DNA from: the human T2T-CHM13v2.0 reference genome, Homo sapiens
Assembly (NCBI RefSeq): GCF_009914755.1
Contig: NC_060926.1
Strand: one strand, 5' to 3'
Length of the DNA stretch: 64,000 bases
The notes below the pieces were generated by a model. That model did no database searches. It worked only from the letters and a program-made list of their open reading frames with translations, and was not told the origin of the DNA. Shown one piece after another: positions 1 to 14,630 of the stretch. Position 1 is the first letter of the stretch, and every line of letters begins with the position of its first letter. The position numbers and the translations under genes were made by a program.

Positions 1-1825
1 AAGGTAAAGAAAGACAGGAATGGAAATTATAGCAATAATTAATTTAAAGCCATTGTGCCACTTTTTCTGTGAACTCAGCCCTGACCTTCAAGAAGCCACT
101 GAAAAGAGCAGAAAATTAGGAAACTCAGTCTTTGCCCAGAGTTCACTATTGTGTTGCTGTCCTGTTCTGCAGCCTCCACTACCTGTCAGAGAGAGGAGAT
201 TGTAAGGCCTGGAGAACCACCTAGAGGGAAAAAGCCCAATAGCTACCACTGCTTTCCATGATCTGGCTTGGGGACTCCAGCTAGAGCCTGGGTGGGCCCC
301 AGAAGCCCCATTCTTCCAGGACTTCTAGATAGCTGTTTGCCATTGTTGTTTACAAGTCTTGGCCAGTATTTTTTAAAATCAGTTTTCTGACATCTTTGCC
401 ACAGAGGTAATGTGCCCCAGGACACAGAAAAATAAATAAATAAACATTTATTTATTTTAAAATATTTACTTAAAAAATTAATAACTATTAGATAATTCTA
501 GGAAGTGTTCTGAAGTTTACCATTTTTTTTGGTCACTTACTTTTTTAGTCATATTTTAAGGTAAACAATCTATTGTATACAGCCTTTCCTGGAAACTCCA
601 GGACTTCAAGCATTTGACCTCATCCTTCTAGTTGCTTCACCTCCTCTTGCAGATTTCCATCATGGTTTCTTCGGATGCCAGTTTGGAGAATCCTTCTCAA
701 CATTTTCCCTCCTAAGTATTCCTCTGCCCCTTTCACCACAGAGAATCATGGTTTTCAAATGAAAAATAAAAACAAGTTTGGGGCTGACTTTAATAAGTAC
801 AAGACATGGGGCAAATCATACAGTGATTCCCTCCCTTTCCTTACCCTAAACCACAAACCTTTTTATTTAAGTCAAACCTGATATAAATGGTGATCAAAAA
901 TATCACTGAAGTGAAAAACAAACTTTTGGAAGATCAACAAATTTTTGGAAGGAATTGTGAGCAGATAGGAAAGGAACATCATCATCATCACAGATTTTGC
1001 CTTGGAAATGTAGACAGTGGGGAAGAGTTTTGCAAACCAATGACACATAAGTGTGTTAGCCTCGAGAATATTTAAATATTTAAATGTGCAACTTGGCAGA
1101 AGCCACCATCTTTCTATATCGCCCTGCACACCCACTAGCTCCTTAAGTCACTCTGTGTCCCTCCCCAAATGTGCAACTGTCACCCTGTCCCCTGATCTGA
1201 GGAAGGATCCTGCCCAAGTTCTTCACTTACACAGGAGAGGGCAATTGTCCACATTCCTTTCTACTCTAAATGCTTTTCAATCTCTGCTGTGTTGCAGTCT
1301 TGCCAAAAATGTTTAGCCTGAATCTTATCACGCAGGGAAAATCCACACAAATCCAGAGTGTGGGACATGGATGTGTGTGTGTGTGCCTGGTGGGGGTAGG
1401 GGGAGCACAAAGTGGCAAAATGCTAAAACAATTATTGAATCTAGTAAAGCAGAGCAGGATTCTATAATCATTTCAATTCTTTTATAGGTTCAACATTTTT
1501 CAAAATAAAAAGTTGGTAGAATAATAGGAAGCCATGAGGACCAAGAAGCTCACATTTCCAAGGCTTTCTAAGTTTCACCTTGAAGCAAGATACATCATAA
1601 AGCATTGTCTAGGTACAACTTGCACTTTCCTGTCCAAGCCTCAGACCCTGTTCTTCATCTGGGCCCACAGAGCAACAGCTTCCACTTTTGTGGCCAAAGA
1701 AAAATGCTAACCAGCTTGTAATTGCTGTAAGGAGGTATGTTTGATGGTTTACACAAAAATAATAGACATACTCAAAAAAACTCCAGATTGTAATGTAAAG
1801 TGCAAGGTCATATAGAATGTCATTA

Positions 1826-2269
<444 letters not shown>

Positions 2270-2376
2270 TCATGGCCCATGGATTAACTATGATACTCAA
2301 AAAATATGTTTCTACACTGATATTTGACACTGGAAATGAAACAGATTATTAAAAACAGTTTTCAGATTTTCCCGGG

Positions 2377-2387
2377 CAAGATGGCCG
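2377..2387 (+). promoter_or_regulatory. YY1 site at the L1 5'UTR start
   Basis: caagatggccg at the extreme L1 5' end matches the known L1 YY1 element. Confidence 0.7.
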
Positions 2388-3694
2388 AATAGGAACAGCT
2401 CCGGTCTGCAGCTCCCAGCAAGACCAATGCAGAAGGGGGGTGATTTCTGCATTTCCAACTGAGGTACCCGGCTCATCTCACTGGGACTGGTTAGACAGTG
2501 GGTGCATCCCACAGAGGGAGCTGAAGCAGGGTGGGTGTTCCGTCACCCAGGAAGTGCAAGGGGTCAGGGAACTCCCTCCCCTAGCCAAGGGAAGCTGTGA
2601 GGGACTGTGCCATGAGGGACAGAGCTATCCAGCCCAGATACTATGCTTTTCCCACTGTCTTCGCAACTTGCAGACCAGGAGATTTCCTCAGTGCCTACAC
2701 CACCAGGACCCGGGATTTCAAGCACAAAGCTGAGTGGTCATTTGGGCAGACACGGAGCTAGTTGCAGGAGTTTTTTTTCATACCCCAGTGGTGCCTGGAA
2801 TGCCAGCGAGACAGAACCATTCATTCACCTGTAGAGGGGCTAAAGCCAGGAAGCCAAGTGGTCTTGCTCAGCAGATCCCACCCCCACGGAGCACAACAAG
2901 CTAAGATCCACTGGCTTGAAATTCTCACTGCCAGCACAGCAGTCTGAAGTCAACCTGGGGTGCTAGAGCTTGGTGGGGGGAGGGGCATCCGCCATTACTG
3001 AGTCATGAGAAGGTGATTTTCCCCTCACAGTGTAAACAAAGCCACCATGAAGTTCGAACTGGGCAGAGCCCACCACAGCTTGGGAAAGCCCCTGTAGCCA
3101 GACTGCCTCTCTACATTCCTCCTCTCTGGGCAGGGCATCTGTGAAAGAAAGGCAGCAGCCCCAGTCAGGGGCTTATGGATGAAACTCCCATCTCCCTGGG
3201 ACAGAGCACCTGGGGGAAAGGGCGGCTGTGGGTGCAGCCTCAACAGACTTAAACGTTCCTGCCTGCCAGCTCCTTGGATCTCCCAACACAGCGCTCAAGC
3301 TCTACTAAGGGACAGACTGCCTCCTCAAGTGGATCCCTGACCCCCGTGCCTCCTGACTGGGAGACACCTCCCAGCAGGGGTCGACAGACACCACATACAG
3401 GAGAGCTCCAGCAGGCATCTGGCGCATTCCCCTCTGGGACGAAGCTTCCAGAGGAAGGAACAGATAGCAATCTTTGCTGTTCTGCAGCCTCCGCTGAATG
3501 ATACCAAGGCAAACAAGGTCTAGAGTGGACCTCCAGCAAACTCCAGTAGACCTGCAGAAGAGAGGCCTGACTGTTAGAAGGAAAACCAACACACAGAAAG
3601 CAATAGCATCCACATCAACAAAAAAGACGACCACACAAAAACCCCATCCGAAGGTCACCAACATCAAAGACCAAAGGTACACAAATCCACAAAG

Positions 3695-4709
3695 ATTAGG
3701 AAAAAAACGTGAAAAGGGCTGAAAATTCCAAAAACCAGAATGCTTCCTCTTCTCCAAGGATCACAACTCCTCGCTAGCAAGGGAACAAAACAAGACGGAT
3801 AATAAGATTGATGAATTGACTCAAGTAGGCTTCAGAAGGAGGTAATAACAAACTCCTCCAAGCTAAAGGAGCATCTTCTAACCCAATGCAAGGAAGCTAA
3901 GAACCTTGGTAAAAGGTTACAGGAACTGCTAACTAGAATAACCAGCTTAGAGAAGAACATAACTGACCTGATGGAGCTGAAAAACAGAGTACAAGAACTT
4001 CATGCAGCATACACAAGTATCAATAGCTGAATGAATTAAGCAGAAGAAAGGATATCAGACATTGAAGATTAACTTAATGAAATAAAGTGTGAAGGCAAGA
4101 TTAGAGAAAAAAGAATGAAAAGGAATGAAAAAAGCCTCCAAGAAATATGGGACTATGTGAACAGACCAAACCTACGTTTGATTGGTGTACCTGAAAGTGA
4201 TGGCAGAATGGAACCAAGTTGGAAAACACACTTCAGGATATTATCCAGGAGAACTCCCCCAACCTAGCAAGACAGGCCAACATTCAAATTCAGGAAATAC
4301 AGAGAACACCACAAAGATACTCCTCGAGAAGAGCAACCCAAAGACACATAATCGTCAGATTCACCAAGTTGAAATGAAGGAAAAAATGTTAAGGGCAGCC
4401 AGAGAGAAAGGTTGGGTTAGCCACAAAGGGAAGCCCACCAGACTAACAGCGGATCTCTCTGCAGAAACACTACAGGCCAGAAGAGAATGGGGGCCAACAT
4501 TCAACAATCTTAAAGAATGTTCAACCCAGAATTTCATATCCAGCCAAACTAAGTTTTATAAGTGAAGGAGAAATAAAATCCTCATAGACAAGCAAATGCT
4601 GAGGGATTTTGTCACCACCAGGCCTGCCTTACAAGAGCTCCTAAAGGAAGGACTAAATATGGAAAGGAAAAACCAGTACCAGCCACTGCAAAAACATACC
4701 AAAATGTAA
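3695..4709 (+). pseudogene. L1 ORF1p remnant (start codon ATG->ATT, stops and frameshifts)
   Basis: ORF1 peptide pieces, e.g. VEMKEKMLRAAREKGWVSHKGKPTRLTADLSAETLQARREWG in ORF 4182-4565; ends cataccaaaatgtaa. Confidence 0.9.
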
Positions 4710-4772
4710 AGACCATCGACACTATGAAGAAACTGCATCAGCTAATGGGCAAAATAACCAGCTAGCATCATA

Positions 4773-7700
4773 ATGACAGGATCAAATTCACACATAACAA
4801 TATTAACCTTAAATGTAAACAGTCTAAATGCCCCAATTAAAAGACACAGACTCACAAATTGGATAAAGAGTCAAGACCCATCATGTGCTGTATTCAGAAG
4901 ACCCATCTCACATGCATAGACACACATAGGCCCAAAATAAAGGGATGAAGGAAGATTTACCAAGCAAATGGAAAGCAAAAAAAAAAAGGAGGGGTTGCAA
5001 TCCTAGACTCTGGTAAAACAGACTTTAAACCAACAAAGATAAAAAAAGACAAAGAAAGCCATTACATAATGGTAAAGGGATCAATGTAACAAGAAGAACT
5101 AACTATCCTAAATATATATGCACCCAATACAGAAGCACCCAGATTCATAAAGCAAGTTCTTGGAGACCTACAAAGAGATTTAGACTCCCACACAATAATA
5201 GTGGGAGACTTTAACACCCCACTGTCAATATTAGATAGATCAATGAGACAGAAAATTAACAAGGATATTCAGGGCTTGAACTCAGCTCTGGACCAACCAG
5301 AGCTAATAGACATCTACAGAACTCTCCACCCCAAATCAACAGAATATACATTCTTCTTAGCACCACATCACACTTATTCTAAAATTGACCACATAATTGG
5401 AAGTAAAACACTCCTCAGCAAATATAAAAGAATAGAAATTATAACAAACAGTCTCTCAGACCACAGGGCAATCAAATTAGAATTCAGGATTAAGAAACAC
5501 ACTCAAAACTGCATGACTACATGGAAACTGAACAACTTGCTCCTGAATGACTACTGGGTAAATAATGAAATTAAGGCAGAAAGAATGAGTTCTTTGAAAC
5601 CAATGAGAACAAAGACACAACATACCAGAATCTCTGGGACACAGCTAAAGCAGTGTTTAGAGGAAAATTTATAGCACTAAATGCCCATAGGAGAAAGCGA
5701 GAAAGATCTAAAATTGACACCCTAACATCACAATTAAAAGAACTACAGAAGCAAGAGCAAACAAATTCTAAAGCTAGCAGAAGACAAGAAATATCTAAGG
5801 TCAGAGCAGAACTGAAGGAGATAGAGATATACAAAAAAAATTTTTTCAAAAAAATCAATGAATCCAGGAGCTGGTTTTCGGAAAAGATTAACAAAATAGA
5901 TAGACCACTAGCCAGACTAATAAAGAAGAAAAGAGAGAAGAATCAAATAGGCACAATAAAAAATGATAAAGGGGATATCAACACTGATCCCACAGAAATA
6001 CAAGCTACCATCAGAGAATACTATAAACACCTCTATGCAAATAAACTGTACAATCTAGAAGAAATGGATAAATTGCTGGACACATACACTGTCCCAAGAC
6101 TAAACCAGGAAGAAGTCGAATCCCTGAATAGATCAATAACAAGTTCTAAAATTGAGGCAATAATTAATAGCCTACCAACCAAAGAAAGCCCAGGACCAGA
6201 CAGATTCATAGCCAAATTCTACCAGAGGTACAAACAGGAGCTGGTACCATTCCTTTTAAAACTATTCCAAACAGTAGAAAAAGGAGGAAGCCTCCCTAAC
6301 ACATTTTATGAGGCCAGCATCATCCTGATACTGAAACCTGGCAGAGACACACACAAAAAAAAGAAAATTTCAGGCCAATATCCTTGATGAACATCAACGC
6401 GAAAATCCTCGATAAAATAATGGCAAACTGAATCCAGCAGCACATTAATCCACCACGATCAAGCCGGCTTCATCCCTGGGATGCAAGGATGGTTCAACAT
6501 ATGCAAACCAATAAATGTAATCCATCATATAAACAGAACCAATGACAAAAACCACATGATTATCTCAATAGATGCAGAAAAGCCTTTGATAAAATTCAAC
6601 ACCTCCTAAAAACACTCAATAAACTAGGTCTTGATGGAATTAATCTCAAAATAATAAGAGCTATTTATGACAAACCCACAGCCAATATCATACTGAATGG
6701 GCAAAAGCTGGAACCTTTTGAAAAGCAGCACAAGACAAGGTTGTCCTCTCTCACCACTCCTATTCAACATAGTATTGGAAGTTCTGGCCAGGCAATCAGG
6801 CAAGAGAAAGAAATAAAGGGTATTCAAATAGGAAGAGAGAAAGTCAAATTGTCTCTGTTTGCAAATGACATGATTTATATTTAGAAAACCCATCATCTCA
6901 GCCCCAAAACTCCTTAAGCTGATAAGCAACTTCAGCAAAGTCTCAGGATACAAAATTAATGTGCAAAAATCACAAGCATTCCTATACACCAATAATAGAC
7001 AAATGGACAGCCAAATCATGAGTGAACTCCCATTCACAATTGCTACAAAGAGAATAAAATACCTAGGAATACAACTTATACGGGATGTGAAGGACCTCTT
7101 CAAGGAGAACTACAAACCACTGCTCAAAAAAATAAGAGAGGGCACAAACAAATGGAGAAACATTCCATGCTCATGGATAGGAAGAATCAATAATATGAAA
7201 ATGGCCATACTGCCCAAAGTAATTTATAGATTCAATGCTATTCCCATCAAGCTACTATTAACTTTCTTCACAGAATTAGAAAAGACTACCTTAAATTTCA
7301 TATGGAACCGAAAAAGAGCCCATATAGCCAAGACAATCCTAAGCAAAAAGAATAAAGCTGGAAACATCACACTACCTGGCTTCAAACTATATTACAAGCC
7401 TACAGTAACCAAAACAGCTTGGTCCTAGTATCAAAATAGATATATAGACCAATGGAACAGAACAGAGGCCTCAGAAATAACACCACACATGTACAACCAT
7501 CTGATCTTTGACGAACCTGACAAAAACAAGCAATGGGGAAAGGATTCCCTATTTAATAAACGGTGTTAGGAAAACTGGCTAGTCATATGCAGAAAACTGA
7601 AATTGGACCCCTTCTTTTTACCTTATACAAAAATTAACTCAAGATGGATTAAAGATTTAAACATAAGACCTAAAACCATAAAAATCCTACAAGAAAACCT

Positions 7701-8567
7701 AGGCAATACCATTCAGAGCATAGGCATGGGCAAGGACTTCATGTCTAAAACACCAAAAGCAATGGCAACAAAAGCCAAAATTGACAAATGGGATTTAATC
7801 GAACTAAAGAGCTTCTGCACAGCTGTTCAGAGTGAACAGGCAACCTACAGAATGGGAGAAAATTTTTGCAAGCCATCCATCTGACAAAGGGCTACAAGGA
7901 ACTTAAACAAATTTACAAGAAAAAAACAAACAACTCCATCAAAAAGCAGGCAAAGGATATGAACAGACACTTTCCAAAAGAAGACATTTATGCGGCCAAC
8001 AAACATATGAAGAAAAGCTCATCATCACTGGTCATCAGAGAAATGCAAACCAAAACCACAATGAGATACCATCTCACACCAGTTAGAATGGCGATCATTA
8101 AAAAGTCAGGAAGCAACAGATGCTGGAGAGGATGTGGAGAAATAGGAACGCTTTTACACCGTTGGTGGGAGTGTAAATTAGTTCAACCATTGTGGAAGAC
8201 AGTGTGGCGATTCCTCAAGGATCTAGATCTAGAACTAGAAATACCATTTGACCCAGCAATCCCATTACTGACTATATACCCAAAGGATTATAAATCATTC
8301 TACTATAAAGACATATGCACACATATGTTTATTGCAGCACTATTCACAATAGCAAAGACTTGGAACCAACCCAAATGCCCAGCAGTGATAGACTGGATAA
8401 AGAAAATGTGGCACATATATACCATGGAATATTATGCAGCTATAAAAAAGGATAAGTTTGTGTCCTTTGCAGGGACATGGATGAAGCTGGAAACCATCAT
8501 TCTCAGCAAACTAACACAGAAACAGAAAACCAAACACCGCATGTTCTCACTCATAAGTGGGAGTTGA
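4773..8567 (+). pseudogene. L1 ORF2p remnant (EN, RT, CCHC), fragmented
   Basis: Starts atgacaggatcaaat; fragments [11 protein letters not shown] (EN), RT region with FADD mutated to FAND (tttgcaaatgac), C-terminal [18 protein letters not shown]; many stops and small deletions. Confidence 0.93.
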
Positions 8568-9196
8568 ACAATAAGAACATATGGGCACAGGGAGGGGAAC
8601 ATCACACACTGGGGCCTGTCAGCAGGTTGGGGGCAAGGGGAGGGATACCATTAGGAGAATTACCTAATGTAGATGACAGGTTGATGGGTGCAGCCAACCA
8701 CCATGGCACATGCATACCTATGTAACAAACCTGCACATTCTGCACATGTATCCCAGAACTTAAAGTATAATAATAATAAAAAAACAGTTTTCAACAAATT
8801 TAGAGGTTCTTTATGGAAAACTAAGTTTCCTTATTTAGGAAATAATCCTTTGAGGGAAAAATAATACCATGTTCAAAGGATCAACTTCCTCAGGAAGAGA
8901 ATTTAGAGAAAGTTCTTCTTTCCATATAACAAATCCATGTTTAAATTGCTTTATCAAAAGACAAAGTTCTCACAATTGACTGAATCAAAGCACTCAGATG
9001 ACAAAATGGCAAATTTTCAGGAGGAAGCCACTCCTCTAGACATGGGAGAATCTCAGAAATAATTGTATTAACCACATTAACTAGTACTAGGTTTTCTGCA
9101 ATGTTCATGACACCAAAAATGAATAGTCAACTTATTTCTGTCTAAGACAGTTTAGACTAAATTACTTTTTAAGTTTCTTGATTTAACGTGACCAAA

Positions 9197-9235
9197 TATA
9201 TATATACACATATAAATACACACACACACATATGT
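9197..9235. repeat. (TA)n/(CA)n microsatellite
   Basis: atatatatatacacatataaatacacacacacacatatg. Confidence 0.8.
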
Positions 9236-9283
9236 AGCATGGTATATGGCATGCTTCTAAATGCAAATTACTCACTTTACCAC

Positions 9284-9800
9284 TGTAAGGAAGAAAGGGT
9301 AACACCTTTTCCTCACCCATCACAAGAGTCATGGCCAACAGTCCTATGACAGAAGACAAGTTAGCATGAAAAAAGCACAACAAATTTATTTAGCAAAGTT
9401 TTACTTGACACAGGAGCCTTCAGAAATGAAGACCTGAAGACCCAGGAAAATTTTGTACTTGTATGCTAAGTCTGATGAAAGAAGTAAATAGTTATGGAGA
9501 AACATGGTTAGAAAGATCTGACCTACTGGTAATCAACTGAGAAGGGAACCTAGGAAGGCCTGTTTGCTCAGATTCTTCTTGGCCTCTATGTAGCATACCT
9601 TCTCCCTGAGTATGGGGCACGTCACCCTGGGATGAGAGCCTTATGTCCTACTTTCAAGCAAGGTAGGTTGGAGAATTCTTTTATGACCATGCTTCACACA
9701 GAAAGGCAGGGTAAGGTCACAGTGACCTTCTTATTTCTGAGGCCCTCCCAATCTCCTGCAGTTCCAAGTACTTTGGGGTAACATTTTCAAGGCCCCAGTG
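9284..9800 (-). mobile_element. ERV1-class solo LTR (MER31/MER4-group-like)
   Basis: ~517 bp; the minus strand begins with a ..ggggccttgaaaatgttaccccaaagtac motif typical of this group, carries AATAAA (tttatt on +) and ends in CA; 4-bp TSD ccac at 9280-9283 and 9801-9804. Confidence 0.7.
9713..9729. promoter_or_regulatory. Perfect oestrogen response element palindrome (AGGTCA cag TGACCT)
   Basis: aaggtcacagtgacctt is an exact IR3 consensus; function is not shown by sequence. Confidence 0.6.
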
Positions 9801-9953
9801 CCACACTGTTTACCACTTTTGTGCCCAAAGAAAGATACTAATCAACCTATAATTTCTGTAGTATGTTTGATGAGATCAAAAAACAATGGATATGCTTCAT
9901 AAAACATCATATTCTAATGTAAGTATGATAGCAGTTTTATATATTTACTATAA

Positions 9954-10322
<369 letters not shown>

Positions 10323-10334
10323 TCATTTATTTAT

Positions 10335-10336
<2 letters not shown>

Positions 10337-10374
<38 letters not shown>
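10337..10374. repeat. (TG)n microsatellite
   Basis: About 18 uninterrupted GT units. Confidence 0.95.
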
Positions 10375-10377
<3 letters not shown>

Positions 10378-10589
10378 ACTGCCTAATAGCTTATACCTTA
10401 AGAGAGCCTTAAATAGTATAAGAAAGAAAAGATAAACAAAGGGCAAGACTGTCACATCTGTGTGGCTACAAAAGGAAAATATTCCTTACACAGCATATTT
10501 CCTACATGATTGACAAAGCTAGCAATCTGCATTCAAAAGCATGTAGCCCATGTACCACAGGCTACATACAGGCTCTCAGGCTAATGATC

Positions 10590-11100
<511 letters not shown>

Positions 11101-12621
11101 TCAAACTAAAAACCCACAATCATTCCAGGCACCACCTTAAAGTTCTACTTATAAGGGGCCAGCGAGTGGCACACGGCCCAGGACGAAAAAGTGAGTGAGG
11201 ATATTCAAACACAAGTCACATCACGACATGGCAAAAACAGAAAAACTTTGATGTTCTCCATCTGTTCTTCAGACAGAGAGCTCAAACATAAGAGAGTAGG
11301 GCTCAACTTTAAGACAGAAACTGCCCAGCACCATCTGCAGGTGGATTGCATTGTTTGGGGAGGCAGTCACATGACCCAGATCTGCTTCCTGCCTCTGCTT
11401 GCAGAAGTCTAACACTCTGAGGGCTAACACCAATCCTGCTTGCAGGATTCTAACACTCTGAGGCTCCGAGGTTGTTAAAGTCCCTGTCTCCCACACTACC
11501 AACCCCACTGTCAGCTTGACCATGAGTGAATGCCTTCACCAATGTATAGAAAGGACCTTGCTAATAGGAAAAAAGATGAGCCTGGAGCCTAAACAGGAAG
11601 GCTTTCTCTTCCACGGATTGGAAGCACCGCTAAAGAAGCTGGCTGACTTGTGAGGTTCGGGGATAACGAAGTATGAATGTACAGCTCCGGGTACTGTGCT
11701 TGGAGCATATGAAACATGCAACACATGACTAGTGTTGTTATACAGTTTTCATTCCCACAGTCTCTAACAAAATATAGTCATACGTCTTTTTTTAAAAAGA
11801 CGTGTTGGATTCTAGTGCTGAGAAGAAGAGAAGCTACCACTAATATAGCATGAGAGAGTGGCAGACAGAGAGATCCCTGGGGACCCACATTTTTCAGGGA
11901 GAAACCCCAATTCTTTCTGCCCTTCAAGCAGTGGCACACAGCAGAAAGTGAAATCATTCATTGGACAGCTTGATTGGAAACTGTGATTTATATTACAGGG
12001 ATCTTTTTGCCACAATAGCCTAATCTAAATCAGGCCATTATTTCATACAAGCCATTATTTCATAAAGTTTTACATTTTAACCTGTAACTCAGGTACCAAG
12101 TTTCCTCAAGCTACACATTCCCACTCATCAACAATATCATTGGTTTGACATTATACATACAAAAAGAGCAATTTTTTAAGAAAAACAGTTATAAGCTGAT
12201 ACATCATTTTCAACACACCCTATATATAAAGTTGCTGTGTTTCAGAGGTTATTTGGATTATTTTAATCTATTGAAAAAAAAAGCTAACACGACACTTTTG
12301 GACAGTTCAGCCTCCTTTTTCTTTGCTTTGATGGTGTTCTTTTCTCCTTTTCTCCCTCTAGTTTTTATCTCTGTTCAAAAGCAAGATTTTAAATCCTGTA
12401 AGTAGAAATTGGAACAACTTCTGGGCTTTGCACAGCACCTAGCTAGTTCTTCAGGATATTCTTTGTTCTATTTTTTAACATACATTTTTAAAGGTAATAA
12501 TAAACTAAACTTTGACCTTTAAAATCTTCAAATAAATCAATCAGCAGAGAAATAACTAGGTAAAGAGCAGAATGGAAAACAATCAAACAAGGCTGGAAAG
12601 TCATAGAAAATTCCTAAAATT

Positions 12622-12653
12622 GTGTGTTTGTATGTGTGTGTGTGTGTGTGTGC
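12622..12653. repeat. (TG)n microsatellite
   Basis: tgtgtgtttgtatgtgtgtgtgtgtgtgtgtg. Confidence 0.85.
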
Positions 12654-12924
12654 ATGTTGTTGTTCTTATTGTTCATTTGTATATGTGTGATTTGAGCAAC
12701 ATTTGAGAAAAAAAAAATAAGAAAATGAGGAAACTGGTAGTTGCTTTTGAAGTCATTTTATAAGGCAAATATTTGTAAAGCAAAGGAAAAGAGAAAGGGG
12801 TCGTGCAATCAGTGCCATTCCCTGAGCCCCTGCCTGCACCAGTCAGCTCTAGCCTCTGCAGGGCCCTTGTCTGGGCATTGTCCCTTGGGCTCTTTGTTCT
12901 TAGTTGCCAGGAGAAAGTGGTCAT

Positions 12925-13022
12925 TGTTTCTCTACTTCTCTTCCTCTTTTTGTTTTTTATTTTTTTCTTCTTCTTCTCTTCCATCTCCTCATCTTTTTCC
13001 CTATTCTCCTTCCTTTGCTTTT
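12925..13022. repeat. CT-rich low-complexity tract
   Basis: Almost pure pyrimidine run with (TTC)n. Confidence 0.75.
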
Positions 13023-13847
13023 AAATCCAGTTTGGTATAGAGGTCCTTTCTTGATTTACTTACAACCATGTTTCTTCTCCTGGTACAGATAACTTTCTTT
13101 GAACAAAGTATGACCTGTGAATCAAAACTCCTGCTACCAAAGTCCCATGTTGTACCACACTAAAACCTACAATGTCCTCCCTGAAGTTGTTTTCATGGCT
13201 CAACGAACATAAGAGCCAAGTCAAAGCCAGACATAAGATGAGTTCATATTTGAGGCTAAGGGAAAATTACTTCTGGGGGAAGTAATGTTTTGGCTTAAAT
13301 TCACATGAAATATAAATGACTAATATCAAATATTTTGCTGAAGCAGAGATTGATGGAGAAAAGGATGAAGATAGAAAAGGGTGTCAAGCCCTTTAAAAGA
13401 AAGGGAGCTCTCAGTAGATGAGAGAAAATTATGCAGAAAACGTAGGCTAGTTCACTGAAGGCCAACTGGGTATGGAGTTCCACTTTGCCTTGAACTTGCT
13501 CTACCCTTCAATGTCAGGGTTATGTAAAAGTGTCCAGTTATGGTCATTCAGAATCAGACAGAGCATAAACACCTCTCTCAGAAGAACGGGAAGTGTCTAC
13601 AGAGCATCATAGAATGCCAGACAGTCTAATGGTCTAATTCAGCCTCACAAAAATGTGGCTTCACTGTCCTACTCTAGGCGGCTATCTGAACTTTTCAGAT
13701 TAATAATAAGAGCTAAGGAAGTTATTCCATACAGTCTGTGATTGAATCTGTAGTAGAGTTTGTCTGAATTGGCTCGACATCCTTATGAGTTACCTCCCTG
13801 TTGACCAAGAAGTCCACAGGCCCACCATCAAAATGCTCACTCACTTT

Positions 13848-13893
13848 GCCTCTCTCCCTCCCACTTTCTCCTTCCCTCTCTCTCTCTCTCCCC
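13848..13893. repeat. (CT)n / pyrimidine tract
   Basis: cctctctccctcccactttctccttccctctctctctctctccc. Confidence 0.75.
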
Positions 13894-14399
13894 GCCTGCC
13901 ACCCCACAACATACACCTTAGGTTTGGGTCAGCCAACAACTCGTAACCCCAGCGCAGCTCCTGAAGCCCCAGACAACTACCTTCTCACCTAGGAACTTAG
14001 GCAAAGCTGGAATTTCCAAGTTTGTCACAAGACAGTTTGTTGGGTGCATCCCACCCCGTTGCTCCCCTAGCGAATTGCATTTCTCTGTGATGACTTTACT
14101 CTTATGGACCTTCTACATTCTCAGGAATTTAATGGCCCTAATTTGCACTAGACCCATCTAACTCCAAAAGTCCATGGCAAGAAGCAATTTGTCATTTGCT
14201 GAGAACTCTCTCTAATGTTGCATTTTCTAGGGAAGAAGGTTGGTTGGTTTGTACAATCAAAATTTCTTACTGAGGCTTAGTTGCCTCTTCTAAAATTTTG
14301 CTTCCATGGCTATGTTATGGCATTATTCTCAAGGGATTACAAAAGGTCTCCTTATATGCATTTCCTTCAGGAATGTCAATAATCTACTATAGATTTTCT

Positions 14400-14630
14400 A
14401 TAAATAATAATAGCCTCACTTTTTGAATGCTTACTATGGATCAGGCACTATACATTTGTCAGATCATTTATGGTCAAAAAAATCCTGTAGCCAGTCCAAC
14501 TACTATTCCCATTTTACAAATGGTAAAATTGAGACTCAGTGAGCTTGAGATGCTAATTAGTGGAGACATTCTAGGGTATAAACTCAGGCAGTCTAACTTT
14601 AGAAGCCTATGAGCTTAAACACTACACTAT
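14400..14630 (-). mobile_element. MIR SINE
   Basis: ttttgaatgcttactatggatcaggcacta ... attcccattttacaaatggtaaaattgagactcag ... aaactcaggcagtctaactttaga. Confidence 0.8.

Larger units (their letters stand above)
2365..8779 (+). mobile_element. Full-length LINE-1, L1PA7-like, inactive
   Basis: 5'UTR starts gggcaagatggccgaataggaacagctccggtctgcagc; ORF1, ORF2, 3'UTR ending tatcccagaacttaaagtataat and an A-rich tail; perfect 14-bp TSD aaaaacagttttca at 2351-2364 and 8780-8793. Confidence 0.97.

Noticed and set aside
580-1135. Short ORFs incl. 887-1075 with HHHHH and a minus-strand frame MLRRILQTGIRRNHDGNLQEEVKQLEG
   Set aside because: No recognisable domain or splice context; the His run is just (CAT)n.
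4773-8567. Possibly active L1
   Set aside because: Multiple stops and frameshifts, ORF1 start lost, catalytic FADD mutated.
12673-13092. Lys-rich and Phe/Ser-rich ORFs resembling membrane or basic proteins
   Set aside because: Artefacts of the CT-rich low-complexity tract.
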